DNA of 63,998 nucleotides, filler included, from Globobulimina sp. (GCA_003354225.1; 52 parts of 52 records of this genome joined end to end with filler, not necessarily neighbours in it); one strand, 5' to 3'. Counted from the whole stretch's first letter, positions 36,998 through 50,713 are shown. Program-made: numbers and translations. The notes: a model not told the origin generated them from the sequence alone.

Positions 36998-38089
36998 AAT
37001 AATGACGAAGAGGATGAACAACAGTCAGAAGATGAAGAAGATGGTCCCACAGCCGTTGAGATTGCAGAATTGCGAAATAATTTGGATGAGAGATTAAGTG
37101 ATTGGCGCCAACAATCTTCGCACAGCGCATTGCAAAGTGGCGACGAAATATGGCGGCAATTATGCATTGTCACAAACTCGTTATCGCAGCAATTATGTGA
37201 AGAGTTGCGAACTATTTTAGAACCACTGCAAATGAGCAAATTAGGCGGCGACTTCCGAACCGGTAAAAGAATAAATATGAAAAAGGTAATCCCGTACATT
37301 GCCTCCCAATTTCGCAAAGATAAGATCTGGCTTCGTCGCTGCAAACCGCACAAAAGAAATTATCGAATATTAATTTGCATCGATGACTCGGAATCAATGC
37401 GAGAAAATTCTGCGGGCAGATTGGCGTTGGAATCCTTGTGTATATTAACCAGAGCTTTAAATAAATTGGAAGTGGGATCCATCGGTGTTTTATCATTTGG
37501 TGAAGCTATCAATTTATTGCATTCATTGCAACAGAATTTCAGTGATGAGAGTGGTTCCTTTGTATGCTCACAATTCTCATTCGCGCAGAAAGAGACCAAA
37601 TATCAAGACTTGATTGCGACGATAATTAATGTGTTATCCAATAATGACGCAACATGGAAAAGCATACAGCAACACATGGAACAGTTTAATACATCGAATG
37701 ACGGCCCCAGGAATAGATTGGCATCGCTGAGTGGTGCTGCTATGCCCTGTGTGTCGTGGGATGGATCGGAAACGTTGTCGTTGGTATTTATTATATCTGA
37801 CGCGCGTATCCAGCAAGACAGGAAACGGTTGGAGCAATTGGTGAGAATCGCGCATGAACGGAAACAAATTGTGTTGCTAATTATTGTGGATACCAATGAC
37901 GAAAACACATCCATTGTAAATGTCAAATCTATTCATGTGGATCCCTTAACCCATCACGTACATATTTCAAATTATTTGGATAGTTTCCCCTTTCCGTATT
38001 ATGTGTTGTTGAAAGATATACAAACTTTACCCAATGTTGTAGCCGATTCATTGCGTCAATGGTTTGAATTAGTTCGGCAATCTTCGTAA
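36998..38089 (+). CDS. MDN1: Midasin C-terminal VWA/MIDAS domain (5' partial)
   Basis: LCEELRTILEP....KL.GDFRTGKRINMKKVIPYIASQFRKDKIWLRR.KP.KR.Y, IDDSESM, YLDSFPFPYY, LRQWFE. Confidence 0.97.
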   Translation, partial: NNDEEDEQQSEDEEDGPTAVEIAELRNNLDERLSDWRQQSSHSALQSGDEIWRQLCIVTNSLSQQLCEELRTILEPLQMSKLGGDFRTGKRINMKKVIPYIASQFRKDKIWLRRCKPHKRNYRILICIDDSESMRENSAGRLALESLCILTRALNKLEVGSIGVLSFGEAINLLHSLQQNFSDESGSFVCSQFSFAQKETKYQDLIATIINVLSNNDATWKSIQQHMEQFNTSNDGPRNRLASLSGAAMPCVSWDGSETLSLVFIISDARIQQDRKRLEQLVRIAHERKQIVLLIIVDTNDENTSIVNVKSIHVDPLTHHVHISNYLDSFPFPYYVLLKDIQTLPNVVADSLRQWFELVRQSS

Positions 38090-38250
38090 AATATTAAAAA
38101 GACTTTGACTTTTTTTGTAGAATTATATANNNNNNNNNNNNNNNNNNNNNNNNNNNNNNNNNNNNNNNNNNNNTTAATTAATTAANNNNNNNNNNNNNNN
38201 NNNNNNNNNNNNNNNNNNNNNNNNNNNNNTATTTGTTGAAAACTTAGAAA

Positions 38251-39172
38251 ATGACAGACTTCGAAACTGAAACACATCCTTTAACAGGAGAGACAACAGT
38301 AAAACAACAATTAGTGGTCAAAGCAGAATGTAAGAAACTACCGAAACGTGCTGGTTGGTGTGCTCCATGGTCATGGTTCAAAGAATCACCATTTAAACGT
38401 TGGCAATTTGGGGTGTTCATGTTATTTGCAATATGCCCTGTAATTTGGGCTTTTATGAGAATAGAAACAACTTTAACAGGTATTCGAACTCGCAAACTCA
38501 AAAACACAGAAACGTTAACTGGTATACATAGGTGATGTTATTGCCGGACTTTGTGCATTGATATTATCGTTTTACGGTGCGAATCATTTCCGTATTTTAT
38601 TGGGATTAAAAGTAGAAATTGATCTGTTTAAAGAGACTAATGAACGATTTAAAGCAGAAAATGAGTTATTAAAAATAGACGTAAATAAATTAAGTAAAGC
38701 ATCCGATGAATTATCTGCGATACAACATCGATTAACACAAACTACAAAAACGTATTCAGAAAATATAGAGAAATTTCACAAATTGGATGAAACATTAAGC
38801 AAATTATCAGGTGACGGTATTGAAGGAGTGGAAGAGTTAACAAAAATGAGTAAAATGATACAAAATTCAATGCAGAATGAATTATTGCAGCACGAAAGAA
38901 GTATATTAATGAAAGTAATGCATGCCATGGAATTTGGGGATGGTAAAGCTGGATTAAATGAAGTTGAATTCAATAAATTTGTAGGTACTTTGCCAGGAAC
39001 ATTCCAGAGGAGATTTAGTGCGATGAAACAAACATTTGGTGATATATCCGGAGCAGATAATATTTTGGACTTTCAAGAGTTTACTAAATTGGCTGATCAA
39101 TTTGCAAAACAAGAAGCTGCTGCAGGTGGCACAAGTGTTGATATAGCTAAGATAACTGGTATTAATTTATAA
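38251..39172 (+). CDS. Membrane plus coiled-coil plus EF-hand-like protein, one intron (~38480-38531)
   Basis: TM helices, heptad region, F.DGKAGLNEVEF and GADNILDFQEF loops. Confidence 0.65.
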
Positions 39173-39461
39173 TTAACATTAACATAGTTTGTAAGACTGA
39201 ATGTATTAATTTTATACAAATTTTAATCGTAGATTTGATCATGAGATCCGAGTCGGATTAAAAATTTATCATCAATCAACAAAATAGGATAAGTAAAATA
39301 ATTTAAAACCATATGCTATAAATAAAAAAAAGAGCGGATATAGCTAATGTTAATCAGAATCNNNNNNNNNNNNNNNNNNNNNNNNNNNNNNNNNNNNNNN
39401 NNNNNTTAATTAATTAANNNNNNNNNNNNNNNNNNNNNNNNNNNNNNNNNNNNNNNNNNNN

Positions 39462-40542
39462 TACCTTGCATTTGAAAGAGGTTTACGAAGCGGGGAATCT
39501 GGCCATCCATACAATGGAAAATCAAGGTTCACAGAGTTGGCTGCCCCCAATGCAAAAACCAAATAATAAAAGTGTTGAATTTTCATTGACAAATATTGGT
39601 ATACGTTCACTCTGTGCCTTACCTCCACCATGTCATGGCTTTGATGGTGGTGCTTACATTTCAAATTTTAAAATGATTTGGCGTCACCGTCAAGTAATGT
39701 TATTTTATGATTTATCAAAATGTGCCATTCTTTTGACATCTCCCAAGGATGCAAATACTGGGCACCCGCAGCAAGCAGGCTGGGCGAAACAGAGTACACA
39801 TCCGAAGCTACAATTTAAATATTGGAAGCGTATGGGCCTGGGGGCAAACCTGTGGGGACGTCATTGTGAATTTGGGCAAGCTAACATTTTTCGTAAATGT
39901 TTTGGTGAAGATGATTGTTACATCCCTGCACAAAGCAGAAAACCGCAAGCTGAACTGATACAAAACTTAAACAAACAGCTGCAAACTCGTGATTTGGATG
40001 ACAACTCTGAATTGTTGGCGAAATGCCCAGCAGAGGCTTTGGTTGCTGTTGGCTTTCCATTAGAATACGGAAAAGTATCTGAACGCACAGTGCAAGAGTT
40101 CAAATTGCAAAGCTTAGCACAATTTGGTCGAATGTTTGAACATTCTCTTCCAAACCATGTTGTCTATGTATCTGTTGATCCAAAACGCAATAAAATTCAT
40201 CCAGAAAGTGACGTTAAAATGCTGAGTAAAAGAGAATTATATGAATTGGGTTTGGTTGGCGCACAAGGAATGAATAAGATAAGTCTGAATGAGAGAGAAG
40301 AGACACTGTGGAATGTGTGGAATGGTGGACGTTGGATTTATAAAAAGTACGTTCAAAGATATTTATATATGCGAGATTCGGATTTTGATTTCGATAAATT
40401 CAGTCCGCGATTTACTTTGATGGCAGAAAAACTTGGAAAGACAGCTGATGAATTAGTAGAGGCAGACTTTCACAAATACCATGATTTCCATATTGTTGTT
40501 GAAAATAGAACACCAGAAGATGCTATAAAAGCTTTCCCATAG
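39462..40542 (+). CDS. Hypothetical protein (5' partial)
   Basis: ~359-codon open frame; no confident family. Confidence 0.7.
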
Positions 40543-41925
40543 AAGCAATGTTTGACTGTTTCTTGTTTCTTGTTTCTTCAATTCAATGCTGTTNNNNNNN
40601 NNNNNNNNNNNNNNNNNNNNNNNNNNNNNNNNNNNNNTTAATTAATTAANNNNNNNNNNNNNNNNNNNNNNNNNNNNNNNNNNNNNNNNNNNNATTTATT
40701 TGATTTGATTAGTTATGTTTGTATAAAATAATAATTGATTTGTTACAAATTAAATTAAATCTAAAAACGTTTTGTATATGAAAAATCACATTGTTTACTG
40801 AACAGACATCATTTTCTTTCTTATATAGATATGGAGTTGGAATGGATATGGGATGGATATGGTATTTTTAATGCATTAAAAAATTGTTTATGAGGGGATT
40901 ATTAAAGCAGAAATAAAGTAGTTTAGGACAAGAAAAGTTTATGATTCAAATAATAGCAGAAATATTAACATAATTATACATCCAAACATGAACAATTATT
41001 CGATACTGCCACTACGGTGGCTACGGTGGTATTAAAAGCTCAGGTTTTATAAAGAATATTATCAGGATGACTTGGTGCTTTTGGTGCAGGACAAGATAAT
41101 GATAAAACAGGCTGAATCGAATAAATTGAACATTGCAAATATTCTAAATGCGGCTGTTTTGGGTACGGTTAAATCAAACAATGGGAAAGATCCTTTTGGA
41201 GTTTATTTTTGTATGAATATTATCAATTTAAGTTCATTGATTTTAGCGTGTCGCGAATATCTGTGTTTAACCACCATTTCTGACAACGAAAGGGCATCGA
41301 AAATTATTCAACCAAAGACAATATTCCCTATGGATGGAATGTCACAGTTAGATATACGTGATAATAAGTTACCAGTTTGATGAAAAATAAGCTAAATGAG
41401 GGACAGTTGAGCTATTTCAGGTTCGCAGACGCGTGAAAATAATATTAGTTTAATAAAATAGCCGCCGGCACTGGCAAAACAACCACAATCGTTGCATTAT
41501 TCAGCGACATAACTTCATTTACGGTGGTCTTTATATTGGACGTAATGTCATTATTATACGTAGCTAATTTAAACTGCGACGTTTGAATAGTAATAATATC
41601 CAACAAATCATGAGCAGTTTCATCGAATAGACAGGAAAATACCATAATAAATACCATGTTTGTGTTGGGTGCTGAATGGCCACTCAATATCTAATAATCT
41701 ATCCCATATCCATTCCAACTCCATATCCATTCCAAATCTTTTAGTATCTGTTTCTTTTGACTATGATATCGTTTGTGTTGACTGTGTTTCATTGTTCGTT
41801 CCTTTTTGTTTACAAAAGGTCACAANNNNNNNNNNNNNNNNNNNNNNNNNNNNNNNNNNNNNNNNNNNNTTAATTAATTAANNNNNNNNNNNNNNNNNNN
41901 NNNNNNNNNNNNNNNNNNNNNNNNN

Positions 41926-42802
41926 CAAATAAACGTTGATTTTTTTTACATACTTTTGCTGCAACAATCCACTGTAAATTATTAAACAAAAATGATTGAG
42001 TTTGCAACTGAATATTTGCCGCAGATGTGACAATTTTGTTGAGTAATTTTTTATCGTTTATAATCCATTTAATTTCTATATTGCTCTTAAAAAAACACTG
42101 CTCGCCAACGTAGGATAAGCAAATCATTCCAATATCCGCAAAATTATAATTTATCGCCAATAAGCTGTCAACACCTCTGATATATCCATATGCCACAATA
42201 TGTGCCATCTCCGCACTAAATTCATTGCCATTCCATGCTTGATCAATTTTATCTGGTTGACTTTGCATAATATCCTCATAATATATCTTAGTGACGTTTA
42301 TATTTGCTGTTATAGTCAGCTTTTTATTGGAATGTTTAGTTATTGACAGCAGCTCTGCATTATTCCCGTAACGATAAAGCGAAGTTTGGTTGTCCAGATC
42401 AAATAAAACATCCTGGAGATAATGCCCAGTGAAATGTAACTCTTTGCACACAATGTTGTACGCAATGTACATCGTAGCCACATTGTGAGGCAATGCGCAT
42501 AATTGCAATAAAAACTTGCCGCCACACCAGCTGATACACCATAGGCCGTCGACGGAGAATGGACTCTCAAAGGACTTATTTTCATGGCTTTTTTTGATGA
42601 TTTTGATTAAATCTCGATCCAGAATCCAAATAATTTGCGAGTTTGTTAGATGTTGTTGGGTGTTATATTGTGTCTGTATGCAGTGATTAGGTTTGCTTTT
42701 AAACACAAATATTTGGTTCGGTTCCATTCTTAAGATGTTGATGGTGATCATAAATGTTAAGGTGTTTAGTTTGGATTTCTTAATCTCGGATAGAGAGAGC
42801 AT
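41926..42802 (-). CDS. MATH/TRAF-like repeat protein with YGYIR module (partial)
   Basis: IIWIL...FESPF...WCI...LQLCALP; IVAYGYIR...IGMICLSYV; second IKWII...F....LQW unit. Confidence 0.6.
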
Positions 42803-44389
42803 TCCTTCTTTCCATGAATAGCAATGGTTAGGTTTTTGAAAGTTTCGCCACTAATTCTTTACATTCAATTTGAATGCAAGTAGTTAGTCGTTTGCACTGT
42901 TTTGGTTTTTCTAACAATTGCACAAAAATCATAAATATAGTTTTCCTATTTGACCTTGATTTTGCTCATGATCAACTTTTTTTAATCATTTGTGAATTGT
43001 TAGAAAAAAAGCTTAAGTAAATGTTCGTCTAATCCTTATTTATAGTACAGTACGATCNNNNNNNNNNNNNNNNNNNNNNNNNNNNNNNNNNNNNNNNNNN
43101 NTTAATTAATTAANNNNNNNNNNNNNNNNNNNNNNNNNNNNNNNNNNNNNNNNNNNNAATAACTTTTATCCGCCAAATCCATCGGCCTTTCCAGTTAAAC
43201 CCTTGTCCGTTTTTTGAAACACTCAACAACGAAAAACAAAAGGAAGTATTGGTGCTATGGCCGAAATTATTCATGAAACCCTATCTTATTTTAGCTCAAG
43301 AAACCATTGGTAATATCAACAATCTATTTGAAACATATTAATTTTGATATGAAAAGCTTTACAGTTGAGGTGTTATTCGATGTTTCTTCGCCTTGGCTCG
43401 CCGTGGCATCATATTAATCGTTGATAATGTATTTTGAATGCAAATAAAGCGAAAACGTGGTAACAATGTGATATGTAAAAAAATAATGAAAAACTTAAAA
43501 AACTGCAGTCACAAAATGAAAAAAAAAGAATAAATTTACTTTATTTGTTTTGTTTTGTTAATTTGCTTGTATTTTCCTTTTTATGTGCTTTATTTTTATG
43601 TCTGTTATATTTTTTATATGCTTTACGAATATTATCTTTAATCAGTTTCTCATGATCAATATTGTTATTTTTTTTTGTTTTTTTAACTCTTTCAACATAA
43701 AATATTTTAACACATTTATCAATCTTACATTTGACAGCCGTAACTTCCGATTCTTCATCCTAGCACTGTGATGTTTGTGTGGTATTATTTTATATCTTTT
43801 TGTTTTTGATTTGCATTTTTTATGTACTGCAACAACATCACAGTCACAGTCAGAGTCAGAATCGCTGTCTGTATCACAATAACTATCATTCTCACCCTCT
43901 TCAGAAACACAATAAGAACTCTCCGAATCATAAATAGAATCATCACAATATTCCTCGATCTCACTTGTATGATTTCTGTAATTGGTTTGGGTATTTTTGA
44001 TTGGCGCTGTTATGTATTATTTATATAATTATATTCTGAATATGCGTATTATTTAACTTATTTTTTGTTTCTTGTTTGGTGGCAATAAATTTTTATGTTG
44101 TTCAATGTCATTTAATTTTCTTTTCTTGCCAGTCAATGTATATGATGATGATTGGAATCGTTGTTGTTTTTGTTGTTGTTTAACAATTATTTTTATTATG
44201 ATAATGTTTATTACTTACATTTCGAACATTAATCGTAGGGTTGTTGTGAGTTCTTTTGTTGCCATCGCCATTTATGGATAAATTAACATNNNNNNNNNNN
44301 NNNNNNNNNNNNNNNNNNNNNNNNNNNNNNNNNTTAATTAATTAANNNNNNNNNNNNNNNNNNNNNNNNNNNNNNNNNNNNNNNNNNNN

Positions 44390-45521
44390 GGCAATGCTTC
44401 TTTACATATTTCACACTGCAATATTTTTAATTTTTTCAGTGACTCACTAAATAATTTTAAATTATGCCTAGCGAATTCAGTCTGAAGCAAATCTTCCTCA
44501 GTATCTTCATTTGTTATTTCATCTTCATCATCTTCAAAGGTCTTCAATCTTTTTTCGAGTTCCGCTAAATTTATATCTGTTTGTTTATCCAAATCATCTA
44601 TTAATTGTTTTCCTTGTTCTTCGATTCTTTTGTGATCATACTGAAAGAAGAGCCTTTGTTCAGCTATAAATGTATCTTCTCTTTTTGTTAAAGGCTGTTT
44701 GATTCCAAAATCCTTAATTGTTTTTAATAATTCTTTTATATTTTCTCCGCGCCACGTATATTTTGCTCTTTCGTCTTTAATTTTGTGGAGTTGTGCCAGA
44801 GTTATAATTTTTTTATAATTTAGTTTTATAAGAAATAACAGTTGCATTTTTATCGATTCTGAGCTGGAAATCTCCGCTAATTGTTTGGCTTTTTTCTCTT
44901 TTAATTGTAAAACATTTCTTAGTTCATAAATTGAGAGATTTAATAACTCAAATTCATCCAATCGGTTTTTATCGATGAATTTACCAAAATCTTCGTTTAA
45001 TATTTGTAAGTTATGCACAATTATTTCTTTTAATTGAGTACAATCAATTAATTTTGACTGTAGCATAGCAAATACTATGATCTTTTGTATTTCGTTTATC
45101 TCTGTATCATTTTGTGTTGTTATTTCATAAATATTTAATTTTTGGTGGTGTTCAATTATTTTTCGTATTAATATTTTTTTAATTTCGTTAGCGTCTGCTT
45201 GTTGGACATTAAATGCAGTCTGCAATTGATTAACATCCATATTAATTATATCATTTCTACCAAATTTAACTAACTGTTGTTGACAATTCAAATATATTTG
45301 TTTGTCTTGTTCAGCCAACGTATCATTTATAAAATCTTCAAATGTTTGTGCGTTTTTTGCTTTTTGATATCGTTCTGCTGTTTTTTTGCCCTTTTTAGTC
45401 TTCTGATATCCTTTTTTAGTGTCTTTGCCTTTATCGCTCGTGTTATATTTTTGTTTTCTGCCTTTGCCCTTGTCGCTCACATTATATTTTTGTCTTGCGT
45501 CATTGCCCTTATCGCTCGCGT
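44390..45521 (-). CDS. Large ORF fragment, probable Helitron/Helentron Rep-Hel N-terminus
   Basis: Tandem YN.SDKGK repeats; ends NLKLFSESLKKLKILQCEICKEA. Confidence 0.45.
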
Positions 45522-45621
45522 NNNNNNNNNNNNNNNNNNNNNNNNNNNNNNNNNNNNNNNNNNNNTTAATTAATTAANNNNNNNNNNNNNNNNNNNNNNN
45601 NNNNNNNNNNNNNNNNNNNNN

Positions 45622-46734
45622 GTATCAAATGATTTATATTCGATTGTATTATTTGGCAAAATGTATGAAGGAGCCTCCAATGAATCGTTAATGGAATGTT
45701 TTGATATATTTAGCAAATGGAGAGAAGAAGAAAAAAGTGGTGGACTGCATATAAATGCAAAAATATACACATCATTAATAAGTTCATGCATTAAAATTCG
45801 AAATTATAGCAAAGCGTTTCATGTGTTTAATAATTTGATGCTCGCAGATTTGGATAAAAATACATTAAAAAATATATTTGTATCAGCATCTGTTCGGCAG
45901 GAAATTGTAAATTTATATTGCAAATCACAAGGCGTTGAATCGGCGATAAAGTTTGTCAGTGATTGCAAGATCAATTATGGTGTGTTACCGACACAAAATA
46001 TAATAAGTACATTAATTGCGGGCTGCGGGACGGAAATGAATAAGAATAAAATTGTAAATGCAAATTTGATTGAGATTGCACAGAAATTATTTGCTTCCGC
46101 ATTTGATGTGATACAAAGCATACAAAATGAAAAGAATATGAATGAGAATATGCAAACCGGCATGGTATCATTGCGAGTATTTAGTTCTTTATTGGTGGTT
46201 TATTGCAAAATTGGTGATTATAAATCTTGCATAGATTTATTGAATGAAATGCAAAACAATGAGAAGTGGCCAAATCCAAATAAATATTGCATTGCGCCGG
46301 CATTAAAATCAATTTTGACTTATAATTTAATGGAAAATAATGAACATAAACTAGCATCAAATGAGAAATGGGAAATAATTGAAAACATATTGGCGATTCA
46401 AAAAAAAAATAATTTATCTCATGATGTGATAACATATTCAATTTTATTTAATTCGTGTGATGGGAATAGAGATAAAATGATGAAATTGTATGACGACATG
46501 ATAAACAAAGATAAAATAATGCCAAATCAAATGGCGTTACAAAATATATTGTTAGGTGGATTGGATGGATTTATTAACGATATACAAAAGGACAGTTCTG
46601 AACTGGTTGATAAAGATATAAAATCATTTATAGATTGGGCATTCATGGAAATGAACAAATATAATTTGTCTCTATCTCAATCTGTTACAGTTAAATTCAA
46701 AGCAAAGCTCGATGTAATAAAAAGTTTGCAATAA
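45622..46734 (+). CDS. Pentatricopeptide repeat protein (5' partial)
   Basis: IYTSLISSC....A..VF..L; VFSSLLVVYCKIGD..SC..LL.EM; DVITYSILFNSC...LYDDM...IMPN. Confidence 0.9.
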   Translation, partial: VSNDLYSIVLFGKMYEGASNESLMECFDIFSKWREEEKSGGLHINAKIYTSLISSCIKIRNYSKAFHVFNNLMLADLDKNTLKNIFVSASVRQEIVNLYCKSQGVESAIKFVSDCKINYGVLPTQNIISTLIAGCGTEMNKNKIVNANLIEIAQKLFASAFDVIQSIQNEKNMNENMQTGMVSLRVFSSLLVVYCKIGDYKSCIDLLNEMQNNEKWPNPNKYCIAPALKSILTYNLMENNEHKLASNEKWEIIENILAIQKKNNLSHDVITYSILFNSCDGNRDKMMKLYDDMINKDKIMPNQMALQNILLGGLDGFINDIQKDSSELVDKDIKSFIDWAFMEMNKYNLSLSQSVTVKFKAKLDVIKSLQ

Positions 46735-46977
46735 CGCCAATCAAACTTCAGTTNNNNNNNNNNNNNNNNNNNNNNNNNNNNNNNNNNNNNNNNNNNNTTA
46801 ATTAATTAANNNNNNNNNNNNNNNNNNNNNNNNNNNNNNNNNNNNNNNNNNNNACCAGTGCAGATTGTCTGGATTTTTATGGTTGATAACAAATGGATGT
46901 GTGTATGGAAACGATGAAAACGATGAAAAATGAACTGCCTAGTCAATACAACTAAAGTTTTTCAAAATCATCAATAT

Positions 46978-47861
46978 TCATGGTTTGCACTCAAAAATAT
47001 CAATCAAATCTGTAGCACCATAACAATGTATTGGTATCTTTGCCAATCTCATTTCTATTTCCATGTCACCAATATTAAATTGTGGTACATAACCTTTAAA
47101 ATGTTTGTTCTGATTGAAATCGTTTTTGTTTGAGGGCATTTTCTCACACTTTATCTCTGGATATGTTTTTTCTGCAATACATGGATTAATTAGTTTCATA
47201 TTCATTTTTCCATCATCGCAATCCAACAAAATATCAATATAATATTTGCCACGGAACCTCAAGAAATTTTTGTTTGAACAGCTGTCAACGTTGCTATCGC
47301 CACGTCGACATCCTCGCGACCAATGATTATGTGCTACATTCCATGCTATTTATTGTACGCATTACTCAATATTCACTTATTTGAACAGCAAAAAGATACA
47401 TAACAGTTTGGTTTGTCCCAGGAATCATCGCCAATAAAAGTGTTCTCTCCAACACCCCACGATACCCAATCTCCGTGATTAATGGTTGTCTTTTTTGTTA
47501 AAATGTGAATGTGCTGTTTTGTCAATTTATAAACTGTGCAGAAACAGGTTTTTATAACTTCTACTCTGAAACAATGAATTCCTTCAAATAAAGGTTCTGT
47601 ATCAGCACAAATGAATTTATGTCCGCGATTATCAACTCGTTTGATTATTGTTTTGTTTGCATGGAATTCAAATGCATCCACACTGCAGTATTTATCACTG
47701 AATGGCAGTATAATATATTGTTCATGATACCATATTATCATTAATTGAATTAATGGTACAGGTATTTCAACCTTCAACTCGTCGCATTGAATATGAATAT
47801 AACCGAATAGCAATAGTTCCACTTGTCTTGGTGTCAATAAAAAAGTGTGTACAGTTGACAT
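46978..47861 (-). CDS. SPRY-like protein with FGYI module, spliced
   Basis: LLLFGYIH...IPVPLIQLMIIWY; GIHCFRVE; SWGV; IDILLDCDDGKM...YVPQFN. Confidence 0.7.
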
Positions 47862-48085
47862 GGTAAAACTGTTTTTCTCTCAACGTTGAAATATCAAAAA
47901 CCTTTCAGAAATAATTGTTATAATAAATATAGGACAAAGATATAAATAAAATTAATATACCAAATAATAAATGATGACGAATAATNNNNNNNNNNNNNNN
48001 NNNNNNNNNNNNNNNNNNNNNNNNNNNNNTTAATTAATTAANNNNNNNNNNNNNNNNNNNNNNNNNNNNNNNNNNNNNNNNNNNN

Positions 48086-49217
48086 ATCTATCATGTTCCG
48101 CATAATTTGGATGAATACATGGTGCGGGAAACATCCTCACATATTGTACAAATCTCCATTTATCTCCAATATTTAATGTATTACCATGCAAATTGGCCCA
48201 ATGCCAAATTATAAAATCACCTTTTCTCATTGGTATATTTTGCATATATTTAATAATATTATCATTTGTTTTGGGTCTTTCAGATTTCCGCAAATAAACC
48301 ATATTCTCATCAGTATACATTTTATATTTACTTTTATCTGAATACGGATAAATATGCTCTTTCGTCCAAGTTTCAATATAATTCACACAGCATGGCAGAT
48401 TACAGTGACATCCCGTTTCCATATTATGATCATTCAAAGCAATGATTCCTTGATATCCAGCATCGAATTTTAATTTCTTCATTTCCTGTACAAATAACCA
48501 CGGTGAATAATCCCAATGTGGTTGCAACGAATACTGCCATTTCTTATTGATAACACATTCATTATTTGCTGTGTAGGTTTTTAATGGTCGTTGAAAGCCC
48601 CAATTATCAATACTCACATTTAATTTATGCGTATTGAATATTTTTGTAAATACATATTGTATTTTTTTATTAAATCTGTTGTTAAATGCTTGTTTATTAA
48701 AAGCAGGACAATCAGTTAAAAATTTCCGTTTCGGACTTGGCCAGAATTTATTATCCCACGTACTCGAATCGTTTCTGTCAATTCGTAAATAAGATTTATT
48801 TCTTTTATTCATATCTTCAAACAGTCCATCGATAGTTTTATCGCATTCTTGTGCGGATAACACATTTGAAATTATTATTAATCCATATTTCTTCAATAAG
48901 GGCAACCATGTTTTTTCGTCATCATATTTGAATGATACACCATATCCATCGTTATCTACTGGATATTTTTCAAATATTTCACTCCATTTTTGTTCTGTTC
49001 GTTTTATTTTATCTGGGAAAATATCGCGTTTTCGTTTTGAAAAAATGGTTTCAAAAATAAAATACACGTCATCGTATTTTATTGTTATTCCATTTAAATC
49101 CTTCGAATATGAAATATTTATAATATTTAATTCGTTTTCAAATGTTTTTTTAAATTCATTTATCGTTTTCGGTACAATGTAATTATATTTTGTTTTAAAT
49201 ATATTCCATAGGTTATT
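48086..49217 (-). CDS. PhyH-like 2OG-Fe(II) dioxygenase (partial)
   Basis: KYGLIII.NVLS..EC, HWD facial motif, YQGIIAL.D, KGDFIIWH...LHGN..N....R.VQY. Confidence 0.88.
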
Positions 49218-49744
49218 NNNNNNNNNNNNNNNNNNNNNNNNNNNNNNNNNNNNNNNNNNNNTTAATTAATTAANNNNNNNNNNNNNNNNNNNNNNNNNNN
49301 NNNNNNNNNNNNNNNNNTTTTTATTTTTGCCATTTCCTTTTTTTTTCTGTTTTTTCTTAGGTTCTGGCATGATATAAGACCAACTGACTCTTAAGATTTT
49401 GGGAAGTAAACTCGGATTTTAAATCAAAACAAAACATTAAAAATTAATGTATACAGATCGATTACATTCGGATTTTAAATCAAAATATTTATTGTCCATT
49501 GCAAATTGATGCGTAATTCCGTATTTAAAAAATGTAATAAATTATTTGCAATTGATCGATGTATGCAATTATAATAAGAACGAGAAGGATATGGGTTGTA
49601 GATTATAGATGCGATATTAAAAGGAATTATATGTCATGACCTCATTGTTAAATGCAATTGGGTTGCCATGATGGATGGTGTTTTCTTGTGTCTGGGATTT
49701 TTTCTGTACTGAACAATCATCAGTGAACAGTCTTTCTTCGTATA

Positions 49745-50449
49745 ATGACAGGTGTGAGTTTTCAGGCATTGTATAGAAGAGATATTCATTTGTGTGTGTT
49801 GTAAACGGATAAAAAAAAATAAAAATAAACAGAAAAAAAACGAGAGTCACAGATCGAGTTTGTTCGATGGTTTCGAAAAACAGCACAAAACGATGATAAA
49901 ATATTGAGAGTATTTGATAGGGTACGTATTATTTATTTATTTTTTTGCTTTCGGATAATTATATAATAAGTAACAGAAAGATTATTATTGTGTTTATGGA
50001 AAGAAAAATAGCCAATATATTGCGCGAGAATTTTATCGATCAAAAGAGAGTCTACGATCATATGGTTCCACTCAATCCGGTGACAGCAATGATAAAATAG
50101 AATATGTCCATTTTCGTCAACAACAATTTGAAGCCATCCAACGTTATTATGTTGGCAGACAATGCAAAACTGTTGAAATATATGTCCGTGATACGAATAC
50201 CGCAAAATGGAAGATTTCAAAGAAAATAACTCCTTCCAACATATCAATAAACTCAATGGGCGACGCTTCATTTAATCTGATTTGTGTCGTTATGTCCATC
50301 AATTGCAGCACACAAGAAAAAGAATTCGGAATTTGTTTATGTAATCACTCCTCGCATTCACTCGAAATTGCACAGTTCATTGAGGACCCTCAATACACCA
50401 AAATATCCCATTTGTTTGTTGCAAAAGGTGTTAAACAATGCATTTTTAA
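49745..50449 (+). CDS. MSH2: DNA mismatch repair protein MSH2 N-terminus, introns 49752-49832 and 49922-49976 (3' partial; mostly missed by ORF track)
   Basis: Spliced: EFVRWF...ILRVFDRKDYYCVYG....IAREFY...VEIY...W.ISKK.TPSN...GIC......LEIAQF.ED.QYT.I..L....VKQCI. Confidence 0.85.
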
Positions 50450-50549
50450 NNNNNNNNNNNNNNNNNNNNNNNNNNNNNNNNNNNNNNNNNNNNTTAATTA
50501 ATTAANNNNNNNNNNNNNNNNNNNNNNNNNNNNNNNNNNNNNNNNNNNN

Positions 50550-50713
50550 TTTTCATGTCCTGACACAATTCTACGTTCTGCTTTCGAATGTAAGAAATAA
50601 ATTGCCGTGGCAACACCACTCATGAGGATAAATAACGGCAGAAAAATAATAATGGTTTTTTTAAAAATCTCTGGTTGAGCCATTACAACGGAGTTGGTAT
50701 GGTATTTTTTCAT
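50550..50713 (-). CDS. Bacterial membrane sensor (histidine kinase/diguanylate cyclase-like) N-terminus (3' partial)
   Basis: FKKTIIIFLPLFILMSGVATAIYF TM1 followed by a periplasmic helix. Confidence 0.55.

Noticed and set aside
41455..41500. IAAGTGKTTTIVAL as a helicase Walker A
   Set aside because: Lacks the first Gly, the frame soon hits stops, and no Walker B is visible.
40694..41825. Alternative genetic code (stop reassignment) explaining broken frames here and at 28367-29499 and 43500-44289
   Set aside because: Frameshifts are also needed and no recognisable protein emerges on readthrough; decayed pseudogenes or non-coding DNA are simpler.
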